The position numbers were made by a program, and so were the translations under genes. This document shows, piece after piece, positions 63,627-64,000 of a DNA stretch of 64,000 bases. Within the stretch, counting starts at the first letter, position 1, and each line of letters starts with the position of its first letter. Source of the stretch: Eledone cirrhosa (taxonomy: Eukaryota). The DNA lies in the NCBI GenBank assembly GCA_964016885.1, contig OZ024741.1:164424001-164488000 (forward strand). Reading direction: 5' to 3'. The notes below the pieces were generated by a model, which was given only the letters and a program-made list of their open reading frames with translations, was not told where the DNA came from and ran no database searches.

Positions 63627-63972
63627 TCATCATTCATCATCATTTCATTTTACGTCCGCTTTTCCCTGCTTGCAAGGGTGGGACGGGAACTGATTCTGGC
63701 TTGATTTCTACAGCTGGATGCCCTTCCTAACACCAACCTCATTTACAGTGAGTGCTGGGTGCTTTTTTGCCATGGCACCTCTATGACCACTTTGCAGTGG
63801 AATGATATGGACCCCAGTCCCTATCATCTCATTTCTACAGCTGAGTAAAACTGGAGCAATGTGAAATAAAGAGTCTTGCTCAAGGAAACAACACATCACC
63901 CGGTCTGAGAATTGAACTCACAACCTTTCGATTGCAAGGCCAATGCTCTAACCACTAAGCCATGTGCCTCCA
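63627..63972 (-). mobile_element. SINE family B
   Basis: It is the reverse complement of 47411-47796. Confidence 0.85.
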
Positions 63973-64000
63973 GTGTATTTGTGCCCACCTTTCCATGCTG

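Overview
This is AT-rich, repeat-dense animal genomic DNA. The repeat landscape suggests a cephalopod such as octopus, which is an inference only. The whole window lies inside one minus-strand spliced gene, a CASK/LIN-2 MAGUK. Seven coding exons can be read with phase-compatible splice sites, covering the SH3, HOOK and guanylate-kinase-like (GK) regions; the PDZ-side exons and the last exon were not found and probably lie outside the window. Two of the exons (10726-10806 and 9562-9645) are paralogous copies of the same GK segment and are candidate mutually exclusive exons. One 19.5-kb intron uses a GC donor. The introns contain tRNA-derived SINEs, RTE, R4-type and Tx1-like LINE fragments, mariner and maT remnants, hAT, piggyBac and Tc1-type MITEs, a Helitron and several minisatellites. 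They also hold a set of (TA)n-embedded fold-back elements carrying hammerhead-ribozyme cores. One of these cores is structurally complete (15132-15191, mirrored on the other strand), and another fold-back carries a Penelope GIY-YIG remnant. There is an assembly gap at 28145-28343.
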